Assembly: GCF_902713615.1 (NCBI RefSeq)
Contig: NC_052158.1
Coordinates: 2,418,001 to 2,482,000, forward strand
DNA from: Scyliorhinus canicula
Lineage: Eukaryota
Length of the DNA: 64,000 nt
Reading direction: 5' to 3'
The notes under the pieces are model-generated. The model made no database searches, was not told the origin of the DNA, and saw only the letters and a program-made list of their open reading frames with translations. Shown here in pieces: positions 13,581 to 26,772 of this stretch. The translations under genes and the position numbers were made by a program. Every line of letters starts with the position of its first letter. Within the stretch, counting starts at the first letter, position 1.

Positions 13581-14859
13581 ATCCCCCCCCCCCCCCCCCC
13601 CCCCCCATCTCTCTCTCTCTTTAATTTATATTATCTGTTCTAACTGATTCATGGTCTTGGCGATGGAAGGTGCTAATAAATGGAGAGGGGGGGGGGGGGG
13701 GTGTGGAGAGGAAGGAATAGACTGCGACCCACTTTTTCAAAGCCTTGATAATTCCATCCATTGGAAATTGCCCCGGGGTCGTTTTCATTTCATGGCGTGT
13801 TATGAAGATGCGAAGATGACATAGTTCTTTGCGATTCTTTTCTTTTTATATTGAAATCCAGCGGTGTAAAATGTGAGCGTTGATGTTGGCAACCTTGCAA
13901 ATGTTTTGTAAATGATCTAAGTCGGAACCCTCCTGTGACAAAAGGATGTTTCATGTGCGGCCAAGTTTAAGATACCCGGGAAAACAACGTGGGCGGGAGC
14001 GGAAAAGGGTGAAAGAACGCAAATGGTGTTTGTAAACTCCGTTTACCGGGCTGGAAACAATTTGGTAACAAGTGAGGGACATCGCCAAAGAGTCAGACCA
14101 GCTGTAAAATGTTGGCTCAATGTTTCAAGACCAATGTTTTGATTGAGACTAATTAAGGCGTTTTCCCCTAAAACCTGCCTCAACGCAAAAAAAAACCATT
14201 GTTACGCGTGCATTTAAGCTGCAATTTTTGCCCATTTTTGTGCAGATTGCTGAAACAATCTGGCAGGATAGGGTTAAACCTGAAAAGTTTTATGTCAACC
14301 TGCTGATGTGGTTTAAAGATCCAAATGAACTCAAATCTCCAGAACCATGTTGAAACTACCCTACCCCACTCCATAACTCTTGGGAATGTTGGTAGAAGTG
14401 CAATAGCGCTCAACACTGAGCTTTATAACTTAGGGCAAATGGGCGCATTTTACGGCGCCGAGACTAGGCGAATCGAACGCCCGGAGAATCCCGCCAGGAC
14501 TTTTCACCCATTCATTTCAAACCTCTTCCCCCCTCGCTCCCTGCGCCTCAGAGAGTCGACACTCCCAGACTACAAAGACGAAAGTCGACCCAAATGAATC
14601 TGCAATAAATATCTAAATCATTTTTTAAAAAAACAACAGGTTCTGAGTTATATTCGCGTGTTTTATGTTCATATGAAAGGTCGTTGACCTGAAACGTTCA
14701 GTGTTTCGCTGTCCACAGATACCCCTGAGTTTTTCCAGCACTTTTATGTTTTAAGACCACGCGATGTAGGGGCAGAATTCGGCCTTTCGGCCCATCTTGT
14801 CTGCTCCGCCTTTCAATGGCTATTCTGATGTGATGATCCTCAATTCCCCTTTCCGACCT

Positions 14860-17800
14860 CATTGTGATCATTGTGCACAGCTTTGGTCTCCTTCTCTGAG
14901 GAAGGATGTTCTTGCTACAGCGCCAGAGGAGGGTGACCAGACTGATTCCTGGGATGGCGGGACTGAGTTAGGAGGAGAGATTGAGTCTGTTAGGATTGTA
15001 TTGATGAGTTCAGAAGCATGGAGGAGGGGGGGGGGGGGTCTCATAGATGACCTAAGACGTGCAGCTCAGGTGGATTGGCCATGTTAAAATGCCCCTTGGT
15101 GTCCAAAGATTAGGTGGGGTTAGAGGGATAGAACCTGGGTGGGACTTGATAGGCCGAATGGCCTCCTGCACTGTAGAGATTCTATTATTCTATGATCTAA
15201 TAGAAACCTATAACATTCTAACAGGACCAAACAGGGTAGATGGAGGAAGGATGTTCCCCATGTGTCCAGAACCAGGGGTCACAGTCTGAGGATTCAGGGC
15301 AAACCATTTCGGACAGAGATGAGGAGACATTTCTTCACCCAGAGAGCGGTTGGCCTGTGGAATTCATTCCGACAGGAAGTGGTTGAGGCCAAAACATTGT
15401 ATGTTTTCAAGAAGCAGTTAGACCTCGCAGTTGGGGCGAAGGGAGAAAAGGATATGGGGAGAAGGCAGAATTTCTTTTAAAATTCATTTACAGGATGCAC
15501 TGCAGTTATTCGTTAGGCCAGCATTTATTGCCCATCCCTAGTTGCCCTTCAAAAGGTGGTGGTGAGTTGCCTTCTTGAACTGCAGCAGTCCTTCAGGTGT
15601 AGATACACCCACTGTGCTGTTAGGGAGGGAGCTCCAGGATGTTGCCCCAGCGACAGTGAAGGAACAGCGATGTATTTCCAAGTCAGGGTGGTGAGTGACT
15701 TGAAAAGGAGTGACAACGGAGAGTTTTCCCCCTGATTCCCATTAATTCCAGTTAGTTAGGGCTCCTTGATGCCATATTCGATCAAATGCTGCCTTGATGT
15801 CAAGGACAGTCACTCTCACCTCACCTCTGGCATTCAGCTCTTTTGTCCATGTTTGAACCAAGGCTGTAAGGAGGTCAGGGGCTTCATGGGATCCAGAGTC
15901 GACGTTGAGGACTCCCAGGGCAATTCCTCCATTGTGCCGCCAGGATCAAGTTATTGAGTTGGATGATTAGCCATGATCATAATGAAGGCCTCCTCCAGAT
16001 CCTGTTTTCTATGTTAGCCCATAAGCCTCGATTCCCTTGCTGAATAAACAGCTTTAACAGAATAAATGTCTATCTCAGCCTTGAACGTACTTAACGACCC
16101 AGCCTCTACAGCTCTCTGCGGTAAAGAATTCCACAGATCCACTCCCCTCTGAGGGAAGAAATTCCTCCTCATCTCTGTCTCAAATGGACGACCCCCCCTC
16201 ACTCTGAGATTGTGCCCTCTGGTCTCAGACTCTCCCACAAGAGGAAACACCCTCTCAGCATCGACCCTGTCAAGCCCCCTGAGAATCCGATATGTCTCAA
16301 TAAATTCAATAAAAGTTTCAGCATTAGCGGTAATTTGCTTTTTATTTGCTTTGAGAAGGTAGATAGAATCCTTTCCTTTATTAGCCGAGGTATTGAGTGT
16401 AAGAACACTGCGGTTCTGCCAGAGTATAAAACATCAGTTAGGCCACAGCTTGAGTATTGCGCGTGCAGTTCTGATCACATCGTTACAGAGAGGGAGTAAT
16501 TGCACTGGAGAAGGTAGAGAGGAGATTTACGTGGATATTGCCAGCCAGGGCTGGGAAATTGCAGCGACGAGGAAAGGTTGGAGAGGCTGGGGTCCTTCCC
16601 CCGGGAACAGAGGAAGCTGAGGGGAGATTTGATTGAGATGTTTGAAATTGTGAAGGGGCCTGGGTAGAGTGGGTGGGAAGGGACTGACTGCTGTAGCAGA
16701 GAGGTCAGTGACCCAGGGGGCATCGGTTTGAAGTGATTGGCGGAAAGATCAGAGGGGAGATGCCAATGTCATCTCCACGGCTAAAAACGAGGGTGACCCC
16801 GAGTCCATGTGTGGCAATTTTTGGAGTGTTGGAAGACCCTGGAGTCCGGGGGCGAGAGAAGCTGATGTTTTTGCCTTTGCCTCCTTGGTAGCCCAGAGAA
16901 GGATCTTATTAGCGTGGAGGGATGCGGAGCCCCCAAACCGGTGGTATGGGTTAGTGACATGGCTGGGTTTCTCAGGCTTGAGAAAATTAAATTCGGCGAG
17001 AGGATCAATTTAGGGTTCGTCCGGAGGTGACAGTCGTTTATCAACTTCTTCGGGGAAAACTAAACTGTTAGCAGATACAATAAGAGGGGGGGGGGGTTTA
17101 GGGAATAAAGGGGATTAGTTTAGGCAGGAACAGCGAGAACTGGTGGAGGGACTTGGGGAATGTGTGTGGAGGCCAAGTTGGCTGGGTATGGTTGTTGTTT
17201 GGAGGAGTGTTACGCACTGAACTATGTTTACATTTGTATTTGTATCTTTTGTTGTTATAAAACCATAAATGCCTTCAAATGTTTGTTTTTAAAAAAACTT
17301 ATTGAAAAGGTGTCGGGCAGCATGGTGGCGCAGTGGTTAGCACTGCAGCCTCACGGCACCAAGGTCCCAGGTCCAATCCTGGCTCAGTCCGTCTGGAGTT
17401 TACACGTTCTCCCCCTGTCTGCGTGGGTTTCGCCCCCATAACCCAAAGATGTGCAGGCTAGGTGGATTGGCTGCGCTAAATTGCCCCTTAATTGGAAAAA
17501 TTAATTGGGTACTCCAAATTTATTTTTTTTAAATAAAGAAAAGGTGTCTGGATATGGACCTGGAGTGTCGTAACCTTCAGGGCTACAGGCCAAACGCTGG
17601 TGGGATTAGGCTGTGGGGGGGGGGGGGGGGGGGCGGCGCTGTTCCTAAAGACAGAAGCAATGGGCAGAGCGGCCTCTCTGTATATCTTTCCTACAATTTC
17701 TAAGTTGGGTGTTGTGTTGTGTGGAGGGGGGGGGCGGTGGTTGTTGGGTGATTGTGTCACACAGCCGAGAAACAAGAGTGCCCCTGCCTCCACCATCCTC

Positions 17801-18800
17801 TCAGGCAGCACGTTCCATATCCCCACATCCTCTCAGGCAGCACGTTCCATATTCCCACCACCCTCTGGGTGAAAAAATGTTCCTCAGGTCCCCTCTCTTC
17901 TAAACCACTTCTCACCTTAAACCCGTGTCCTCTGGTGTTTGACACCCCTGCCATGGTGATCTACCCCTCTTTGTGCCTCTCATAATGTTGTATATCACGA
18001 TCAGGTATCTGGCTCAGAAATATACCTCAGCCTCTTCTGCTGACAGGGAAAGCAACCCCAGCCTATCTATTCAGTGCCTCCCCATAGCTCACTTTCCATC
18101 CCAGGCAACATCCTGATGAATCTCCCTTGCACCCCCTCCAGTACAATCACATCCTTCCGATGGTGTGGCGACCAGAGCTGCACACAATATTCCATCTGTG
18201 GCCCAACCAATATTTTGTAAAGTTGTACTATGATAGAATCTACTTATGCCCAAGCCTCCACCCTATCCGCCGTAACCCCACCTAAACCTTTTGGGCACTA
18301 AGGGCAATTTAGCATGGCAAAAACCACCTAACCTGCACATCTTTGGATGGAGGGAAGCCAGAGCACCCGGTGAAATCCCATGCAGACACTGGAAGCGCAA
18401 ACTCGACAGTGACCCAAGGCCGGAATTGAACCTGGGACCCTGCAGCAGTGCCACCCCTAAATCCTATTCTCCGGTTAATGAAGGCAAGCATTCCATACGC
18501 CTTCTCCAGCACCCTATCTACCTGTGCTGCCATCTTCAGGGACCCATGGGCTTGTGCACCAAGTGTCTTGTTCCTCAATATTCCCTAGGTATCTACCACT
18601 CCTTAATAGACCGTCCAAAATACAGCACCTCACTCATCAGGACTAAATTCCATTTGTCATTGCTCTGCCCAGTTCAGCAGCGATCTATATCAGTCTGAAG
18701 CCCAAGACTATGCTCCTATCAACACCACCAATTTTCGAGTGATCTGCAGCCTACTAATGAAATCTAACGTTCACATCCAAGTCGTTCATATTTAGGATCA
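14860..18800. mobile_element. Patchwork of old CR1 3' fragments (both strands), an L1 3' end (about 16770-17300) and SINEs (about 15060, 17316-17535, 18230-18455)
   Basis: TRGHSLRI/FFTQR CR1 motifs; FAFASLVAQRRILLAWR L1 motif; SINE cores. Confidence 0.7.
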
Positions 18801-18893
18801 GCAACTGTTTGCAGGCGAATGGAGGTATGTAGGTCTCAGCTTCGTGATTTTTTTTTTTGCACGGTACAGCAGTCTTCCAGAGGAGTATTTGGT

Positions 18894-18909
18894 GGCTCTT
18901 AAAAGAGCC
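18894..18909 (-). terminator. Histone 3' stem-loop of H3
   Basis: Reverse complement GGCTCTTTTAAGAGCC followed by ACCA. Confidence 0.95.
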
Positions 18910-18941
18910 TTTTGGTTTCATCATTAGCATGGGCAGCGGGT

Positions 18942-19370
<429 letters not shown>

Positions 19371-19445
19371 TCACTTCTGCCTCGAAACCTTTTCCAATCA
19401 CTCGCCTCTCCGCAGCTATTGAGCAGAAGCCCGCCGAGCGGCTCC

Positions 19446-19560
19446 TTTTATAGAGCCGGCCGGCTGGCCGCTGTCTCCTCATTGGCTGGAAGCTCGACAA
19501 AGGCTCGGCGTTCCGATTGGCGCGTCTTCCAATCCCGCTCGAGAGGCGGGGCTTGGGGGG
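19446..19560 (-). promoter_or_regulatory. H3 promoter: TATAAAA (19446-19452), two CCAAT boxes (19481, 19516), GC box
   Basis: TTTTATA and two ATTGG on the + strand, 35 bp apart. Confidence 0.82.
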
Positions 19561-20400
19561 AGCGGGAAAAGGGCGGGAAAACCAAGTGGCGGGAAAAAAG
19601 GCGCGGTTTCGGAAGCATCTACTTTTGTTTCCAGTTTGTTTTTCCCGAGGCGCGCAACATTTCATTTTGCTCTTTATCCAGCTTTGCTCCGTACGGGAAG
19701 GAGATCGGAAGCTGCCTTCCATGGGGAAGTTGGGGTTGGCCAAAGGGCGCAAACACTTACTCAAATGGAAGTGTGCATTCACCATGCACGCTCAGCCCGG
19801 GTTGTTGCTGCACTACATCAGGAACGTGGCTCCCAAAGCGCATGGTGGCCACCCCCACTCCATCTTGTCGACGTGGCTGTAAAACTTTGCTAAGGTCTGG
19901 AAAAGAACTGCAAGTCTTTCCGTCGGCGCTCACTTGGGGCACAGCAGACCGAATGCTCTACCTGAAAAAGTGTTTGTTCCTGGGACACCCATCCACACAC
20001 ACACCCCAAGGGAACTCACCTTGGCTGCAAAAGCAATTTGCTGAAATATTGAAGCACAAAAACGCTTAAAGAAAATTTGAGGTTGGTGGAATTCATTCCA
20101 CTTTAGCTTCCCCCCTCCTCCCACCAGCCCCAAGTCAATTCATAAACCAGCAAAGAATGTAGCAAATTCAAAAACTTAGGTCAAGAAACCCATCTATTTT
20201 CAGTGAACCAAGATGCATTAATTACAAAAAGAAACATCAGATTTGATAGAAAGTAGACTAGTAAAACTGATTAATAAAAGATTAAGCCATTATCAAACCG
20301 ATGGCCAAGTCAGGAAGCTTTTCTTTTAAAAAATATCATTAAAGGTTGTCTTTTCTTTCCGAGACGCTTGTCCATGTCTTTTTTTGGTAAGAACCGAGAT

Positions 20401-20441
20401 AGTTCCTTTTCTGGATATCTTGAGTGGCTCTGAAAAGAGCC
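20401..20441 (-). terminator. Histone 3' stem-loop of H2B (20426-20441) and HDE
   Basis: Reverse complement GGCTCTTTTCAGAGCC-ACTCA, then purine-rich AGAAAAGGAACT. Confidence 0.93.
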
Positions 20442-20500
20442 TTTTTTGGGAGGGGTTGAAGTTATTTATTTTTAAACGCGGTCCGTCCGTCCGGGCGCCC

Positions 20501-20881
20501 TCATTTGCAGCTGGTGTACTTGGTGACTGCCTTAGTGCCCTCGGAGACGGCGTGCTTGGCCAGCTCGCCGGGCAGCAGGAGACGGACGGTGGTCTGGATC
20601 TCCCGGGAGGAGATGGTCTGGCGCTTGCTGTAGCGGATGAGGCGGGAGGACTCGCAGGCGATGCGCTCGAAGATGTCGTTGACGAAGGAGTTGATGACAC
20701 TCATGGCCGAGGAGGAGATGCCGGTGTCCGGGTGCACCTGTTTCAGCACCTTGTAGATGTAGATGCTGTAGCTCTCCTTACGGCTCTTCTTGCGCTTCTT
20801 CTCACCCTTGACGCGCTTCTTAGTAGCCGCCTTCTTCGGCCCCTTCTTGGGGGCCGAGCCTTTCCCCGCCGCCTCGGGCAT
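20501..20881 (-). CDS. H2B: Divergent histone H2B, 126 aa, two cysteines
   Basis: [14 protein letters not shown]...[23 protein letters not shown]...[26 protein letters not shown]; intact ORF with promoter and stem-loop. Confidence 0.95.
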   Translation of the reverse strand: MPEAAGKGSAPKKGPKKAATKKRVKGEKKRKKSRKESYSIYIYKVLKQVHPDTGISSSAMSVINSFVNDIFERIACESSRLIRYSKRQTISSREIQTTVRLLLPGELAKHAVSEGTKAVTKYTSCK

Positions 20882-20936
20882 AACACAAGCTTTGTTCCCC
20901 GACTGCTGGATATCGCGGCCCCGCAGCGGCGCCTGG

Positions 20937-21056
20937 ATTAATAGCAACGCGTATGCAAATGAAGGATCAGCGAGCGGCGCCTTCCTATTGGTCGAGAGGG
21001 CAGAATCTGAATGTATCCATTCTGTGATGTGCAACAATGGGCACCGATCAGCCAAT
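20937..21056 (-). promoter_or_regulatory. H2B promoter: TATTAAT, octamer ATTTGCAT (20953-20960), CCAAT (20987), opposite-facing CCAAT (21052)
   Basis: An octamer just upstream of TATA is the established H2B subtype element. Confidence 0.85.
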
Positions 21057-21324
21057 CAGAGATGCTCGTTAGTTCTTTGCACGTGACCTCAGACATGGTC
21101 GCGGGCGTGAGGGAAGATCTGCTCTTCCCACTTCCTTCATCCTCCCCCTCTATCTCGCTACACCCCAGCACCCATTCACTGGGAAATAACGCCCAAAAAT
21201 TCTGCAATCTATCAATTTAATAATAATAGTCACTTATTGTCACAAAGAAGTTACTGTGAAAAGCCCCTACTTATGCAGAGAGAGAGGGGGATTTGTAGAA
21301 CTGTTGTTAGAACGCAAAAGACTA

Positions 21325-22270
21325 TAAGACATTGGAGCAGAATTAGGCCACTCGGCCCATCGAGTCTGCTCCGTCATTCAATCATGGAGGATATTTTTCT
21401 CAGCTCCATTTTCCTGCCTTCTCCCCATAATCCCCAATCCCCTTATTGATCAATAACCTATCTCTGTCTTAAAGACACTCAGTGATTTGGCCTCCACAGC
21501 CTTCTGCGGCAAAGAGTTCAGATTCACACCACCCTCTGGCTGAAGAAATTCCTCCTCATCTCTGTTTTAAAGGATCGTCCCTTTAGTCTGAGATGGTGCC
21601 CTCTGCTTCTAGTTTTTCCTACAAGCGGAAACATCCTCTCCCCGTCCACTCTATCCAGGCCTCGCAGTATCCTGTAAGTTTCAATAAGATCCCCCATCAT
21701 CCTTCAAAACTCCGGCAATTACAGACGCAGACTCCTCAACCATTCCTCATATGACAAGCCCTTCATTCCAGGGATCATTCTTGTGCACCTCCTCTGGACC
21801 CTTTCCAAAGTCAGCACATGTTGCCATTCTGCCATTCCTACTGCAGAAGGAAGCCATTCTGCCCACTGTAGTCTGCGCCCACCCTCCGGAACAGCGTCCT
21901 AGCAGTGCCCGCACCCCTGCCCCATCCCTGTGACACCCCTCCACAACCCCCCCCCCCCCCCAGCTAACCTTTTGGACATCAACATCATAAAATTTACATT
22001 GCAGAAGGAGGCCATTTGGCCCATCGAGTGTGCACTGGCCCTTGGAAAGAGCCCCCTACTTACGCCCGCACCGCCACCTTATCCCTGTAACCCCACCGAA
22101 CCTTTTTGGACACTCAGGGCAATTTTGCAGGGCCAGTCCACCTAACCGGCACATCCTTGCACTGTGGGAGGAAACCAGAGCACCCGGAAGAAACCCACGT
22201 CAGACACAGGGACAACGCACAGACTCCGCACAGACAGTGCCAAGCCAGGAATCGAACCGGGGTCCCTTGC
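21325..22270 (-). mobile_element. CR1 3' fragment (about 21325-21810) and two SINE fragments
   Basis: Reverse complement resembles the CR1 3' end at 26300-26770; SINE tails and core. Confidence 0.75.
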
Positions 22271-23199
22271 GCTGAAATGCATTTTAAGTCAATGCCCTCT
22301 CGTTCTGGATTGTTTTAGGAGCGGGATCGGTTTCTCCCTCTGTAAATCTCCCCCACCCCCTGTTGGTTTTGAACATCACTGTCAAATCTCAGCCCTGCCC
22401 TCCTCTATATATCAGGAAAAGCAAGGAGGGAGACAGGAATGAGCATTTCGGCCCTGACCTTGTCAACCTAAAACTCGGTTTCTCTCTCCACAGATGCTGA
22501 ATGTTTCCACCATTTCCAGTGTTTGGTTGAGGTCTCCAGCATCCACGTACCGTGCTTTTGTTTTGATATAAGTTAAGAAAGAACCACAATCATCGTCCCC
22601 CCAACATCCACACTCAATTCAACTTTAGTGTGGTGTCCTTCAGGGGCTGCAAAATGCTTCAAAAGGCAGTTAGCGCTCTAAGCACGGCAAAGAGTTTGAT
22701 CATTCCTGCGAGCAGAAGGTAGAATTTAAGCTCAGAGACTCATAAATCCATATAACACCGAAGGAGACATGTCCATGTCAAGACTTCACAAGGGTTGTCA
22801 AATCAGTTTCACTCATAGGCCCACAATGTTTCCCTCTTCCAGAATCTATCCACTTTCTTTTACAAAGTCAGTCACAAACCTGCTTTAATCACCCATTTCA
22901 GGCAGTGCAATTCACCCAATTCAACAGTTCACTGTGCAATAAAATAACTTGAATTGTTTTGATCAAGAAAATGGCTGGCTTTGTTTAACTATGTATCATT
23001 TTCTGATTCCTGATAGTGAAACAGCAGCCTGTGTTGCTCCAACCGTTTGTACCTCCTTAGTGGGGTGAAATTGGACTTGGGTGAGTCAACAAAACATATT
23101 GTTCATCAGTTCAACACCGAGTCAAATTCTATTGACATCAATTCAGAGTAGGACTCTGCGACACATCAGGGAGGGGGAGAGGTACCTGGACACTGTGTT

Positions 23200-26100
23200 C
23201 TAGGAGGCAGTGGTCAGGGGCACGAGGGTGTGGCTGCGAGTGAGGCAGGCAGAGAGATCCAGGAGGTAGGGTTGCAGGAGCCTCAGACAATGTCTTTGTC
23301 CGATATGTTCGTGATTCTTGATCCCTGTGTGGACGGGAATGGGGTCTGTAGGGAGGATGAGCAAACTGACCACAGCACCGTGGTACAGGGAGCACTTCAA
23401 GTGGTGGGGGGGGGGGGGGGGGGGGGGGGGGGGGAGAAACTGAGTCATAATTGGGACAGTATAGTTAGGGGCTGCAAGGGGATCAGGGTTGGGATCTAAA
23501 TATCCAAGGAAATGCGTCCTGTAGAAAGTACACTGTTCTCTGTGACCAGGATCGAGAATCCCAAAGGTTGTGTTGCCTGCCTGGAGCTCCGGTTGGGGAG
23601 CCCATCTGGACTGTAGAGGAACCTGGAGTGGGAGGGAAAAGATCCAGTTATCGTGGTCCACGTAGGTACCAACTACATAGGTGGAACAAGGACAGAGGTT
23701 CTACTAAGGGAGAATGAACAGTTGGAGCGCAATGAAAAATCAGAACCAAAAAGGTAATAATCTCTGGATTACTAGCTGAGCCAGGAGCTAATTGGCACTA
23801 ATAGAACAGAGAGTATAGAAAGTGGCAGCAATATAACTTCAGGCAGAGCACTAAAAGGGACAAATATGAGAAGGGGGGTGGTCAATGAAGGACTGAGGGT
23901 GTTGTTCCTAAATGTGCGCAGTATACGGAACAAGGTAAATGAGCTTGTTGCGCACATTGAAATTGGCCGGTACGATGGTGTGGGCATCACAGAGACGTGG
24001 CTGCAAGGGGATCTGGGCTGGGATCTAAATATCCAAGGATTTGTGTCCTATCGAAAGGACGGGTAGATGGGTAAAGAGGGCTGGGTTGCATTGTTAGTAA
24101 AGAATGAAGTTAAATCGATAGCAAGGAGCGATATAGGATCAGAAGGCATTGAATCTCTGTGGGTAGAGTTGAGGAATCGCAAAGGTAAAAAGACCCTGAT
24201 GGGAGCTATATACAGGCCCCCGAGCAGTAGTCAGGATGTGGGACAGAAAATAAATCAGGAGATAGAAAAGGCATATAAAAAAGGCAATATTACAATAATT
24301 ATGGGGGACTTCAATATGCAGGTGGACTGGGAAAATAAGGTTGGTAGTGGATCCCAAGAAAAGAAATTTGTGGAATGTCTAAGAGATGGTTTTTTTGGAG
24401 CAGCTTGTGACAGAGGCTACGAGCGAACAGGCAATTCTGGATTTGGTGATGTGCAATGAGGCAGACTCGATTAGGGAACTTAAGGTGAAGGAACCCTTAG
24501 GGAGCAGTGACCACAATATGATAGAATTTACCCTGAAGTTTGAGAGGGAGAAGCTGCAATCAGATGTAACTGTATTACAATTAAATAAGGGTCACTACAA
24601 GGACATGAGGGAGGAGCTGGCCAGAGTTGATTGGAAAAGGGAGCCTAGCAGGGAAGGCAGTGGAACAGCAATGGCAGGAGTTTTTTTTTTGGGGGGGGGG
24701 GGTTATTCAGGAGGCACAATAGAAATTCATCCCAAGGAGGATGAAGGAAGGTCAAGGCATCCATGGCTGACGAGGGAAGTCAGGGATAGCATAAAAGCAA
24801 AATGAAAAGCATACAAGGTGGCGAGGATTAGTGGGAAGCCAGAGGATTGGGAAGCCTTTAAAAGCAAACTGGACAACTAAAAAAGCAATAAGGGGGTAGA
24901 AGATGAAATGTAAGTGTAAGCTAGCTAGCAATATAAAAGTAGACAGCAAGAGTTTTTTCAATATATAAAAGGTAAGAGAGAGACTAAAATAGACATTGAA
25001 CCACTGGAAAATGAGTCTGGAGAAGTAGTAATAGGGAACAAGGAAATGGCAGGGGAACTGAATAGTTACTTTGCATCAGTCTTCACGGTGGAAGACACCA
25101 GTGGGATGCCAGAGCTCCAGGAGAATTAGGGGGCAGAGGTGACTGCAGTGACCATCACCAAGGAGAAGGTTCTGGGGAAACTGAAAGGTCTAAAGGTGGA
25201 TAAATCACCTGGACCAGATGGACTACACCCCAGAGTCCTAAAAGAGAGAGGATATTGTGGAGGCATTGGTGATGATCTTTCAGGAATCACTGGAGGCAGG
25301 GAGGGTCCCAGAGGACTGGAAAATGACTAATGTAACACCCCTGTTTAAGAAGGGAGGGAGGCAGAAGATGGGAAATTATAGGCCGGTTAGCTTAACTTCG
25401 GTTATTGGTAAGATTTTAGAGTACATTATTAAAGATGAGATCGCAAAGTAGTTGGAAGTGCATGATAAAATAGGACTGAGTCAGCACGGCTTTGTCAAGG
25501 GGAGGTCATGTCTGACAAATCTGTTAGAGTTCTTTGAGGATGTAACAAGGAAGTTAGACAAACGCGAACCAGGGGACATGATTTATTTAGATTTAAAGAA
25601 CATCTTTGACAAGGTGCCTTATAGGAGATTGTTAAATACGTAAAGAGCCCATGGTGTTCAGGGTAAGATCCTGGCATGGATCGAGGATTGGCAGACTGGT
25701 AGAAGGCAGAGAGTTGGGATAAAGGGGTCTTTTTCAGGATGGCAGCCAACGACTAGTGGTGTGTCTCAGGGGTCTATGCTGGGACCACAACCTTTCACAA
25801 TATACATTAACGATCTGGCGGAATCAACTGAGGGCACTATTGCTAAGTTTGCAGATGATACAAAGATCTGTAGAGGGACAGGTAGTATTGAGGAAGCAAG
25901 GGGGCTGCAGAAGGACTTGGACAAGCTAGGAGAGTGGGCAAAGAAGTAGCAGATGGAATACAAATTGGAAAAGTGTGAGGTTATGCACTTTGGTAGGAAG
26001 AATGGAGGCATAGACTATTTTCTAAATGGGAAAAGACTTAGGAAAGCAGAAGCACAAAGGGACTTGGGAGTCCTTGTTCACGATTCTCTTAAGGTTAACG

Positions 26101-26772
26101 TGCAGGTTCAGTCGGCAGTTAGGAAGGCAAATGTAATGTTAGCGTTCATGTCGAGAGGGCTGGAATACAAGAGCAGTGATGTACTTCTGAGGCTGTATAA
26201 GGCTCTGGTCAGACCCCATTTGGAGTTTTGTGAGCAGTTTTGGGCCCCGTATCTAAGGAAGGATGTGCTGGCCTTGGAAAGGGTCCAGAGGAGGTTCACA
26301 AGAATGATCCCTGGAATGAAGAGCTTGTCGTATGAGGAGCGGTTGAGGACTCTGGGTCTGTACACATTAGAGTTTAGAAGGATGAGGGGGGATCTTATTG
26401 AAACTTACAGGATACTGCGAGGCCTGGATAGAGTGGACGTGGAGAGGATGTTTCCACTTGTCGGAAAAACTAGAACCCAAGGGTACAATCTCAGACTAAA
26501 GAGATGATCCTTTACAACAGAGATGATTAGCAATTTCTTCAGCCAGAGGCTGGTGAATCTGTGGAACTCTTTGCCGCAGAAGGCTCTGGAGGCCAAATCA
26601 CTGAGTGTCTTTAAAACAGAGATAGATAGGTTCTTGATCAATCAGGGGATCAGGGATTATGGGGCGAAGGCAGGAGAATGGGGATGTAAAACATATCAGC
26701 CATGATTGAATGGTGGAGCAGACTCGATGGGCTGAAGGGCCAAATTCTGCTCCTATGTCTTATGGTCTTATG
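23200..26772 (+). mobile_element. Near full-length decayed CR1 LINE (ORF1 esterase remnant, ORF2 endonuclease and RT)
   Basis: LFLNVRSIRNK, GITETW, MGDFN, SDHNMIEF, KSPGPDGLHP, KFADDTK; many stops; repeated TCTTATG tail. Confidence 0.9.

Noticed and set aside
19419-20069. 216-aa ORF between H3 and H2B
   Set aside because: Runs through the GC-rich H3 promoter; no coding signature
21095-21120. ATGGTCGCGGGCGTGAGGGAAG as a relic H2A start opposite H2B
   Set aside because: Too short a similarity and no H2A-like sequence downstream
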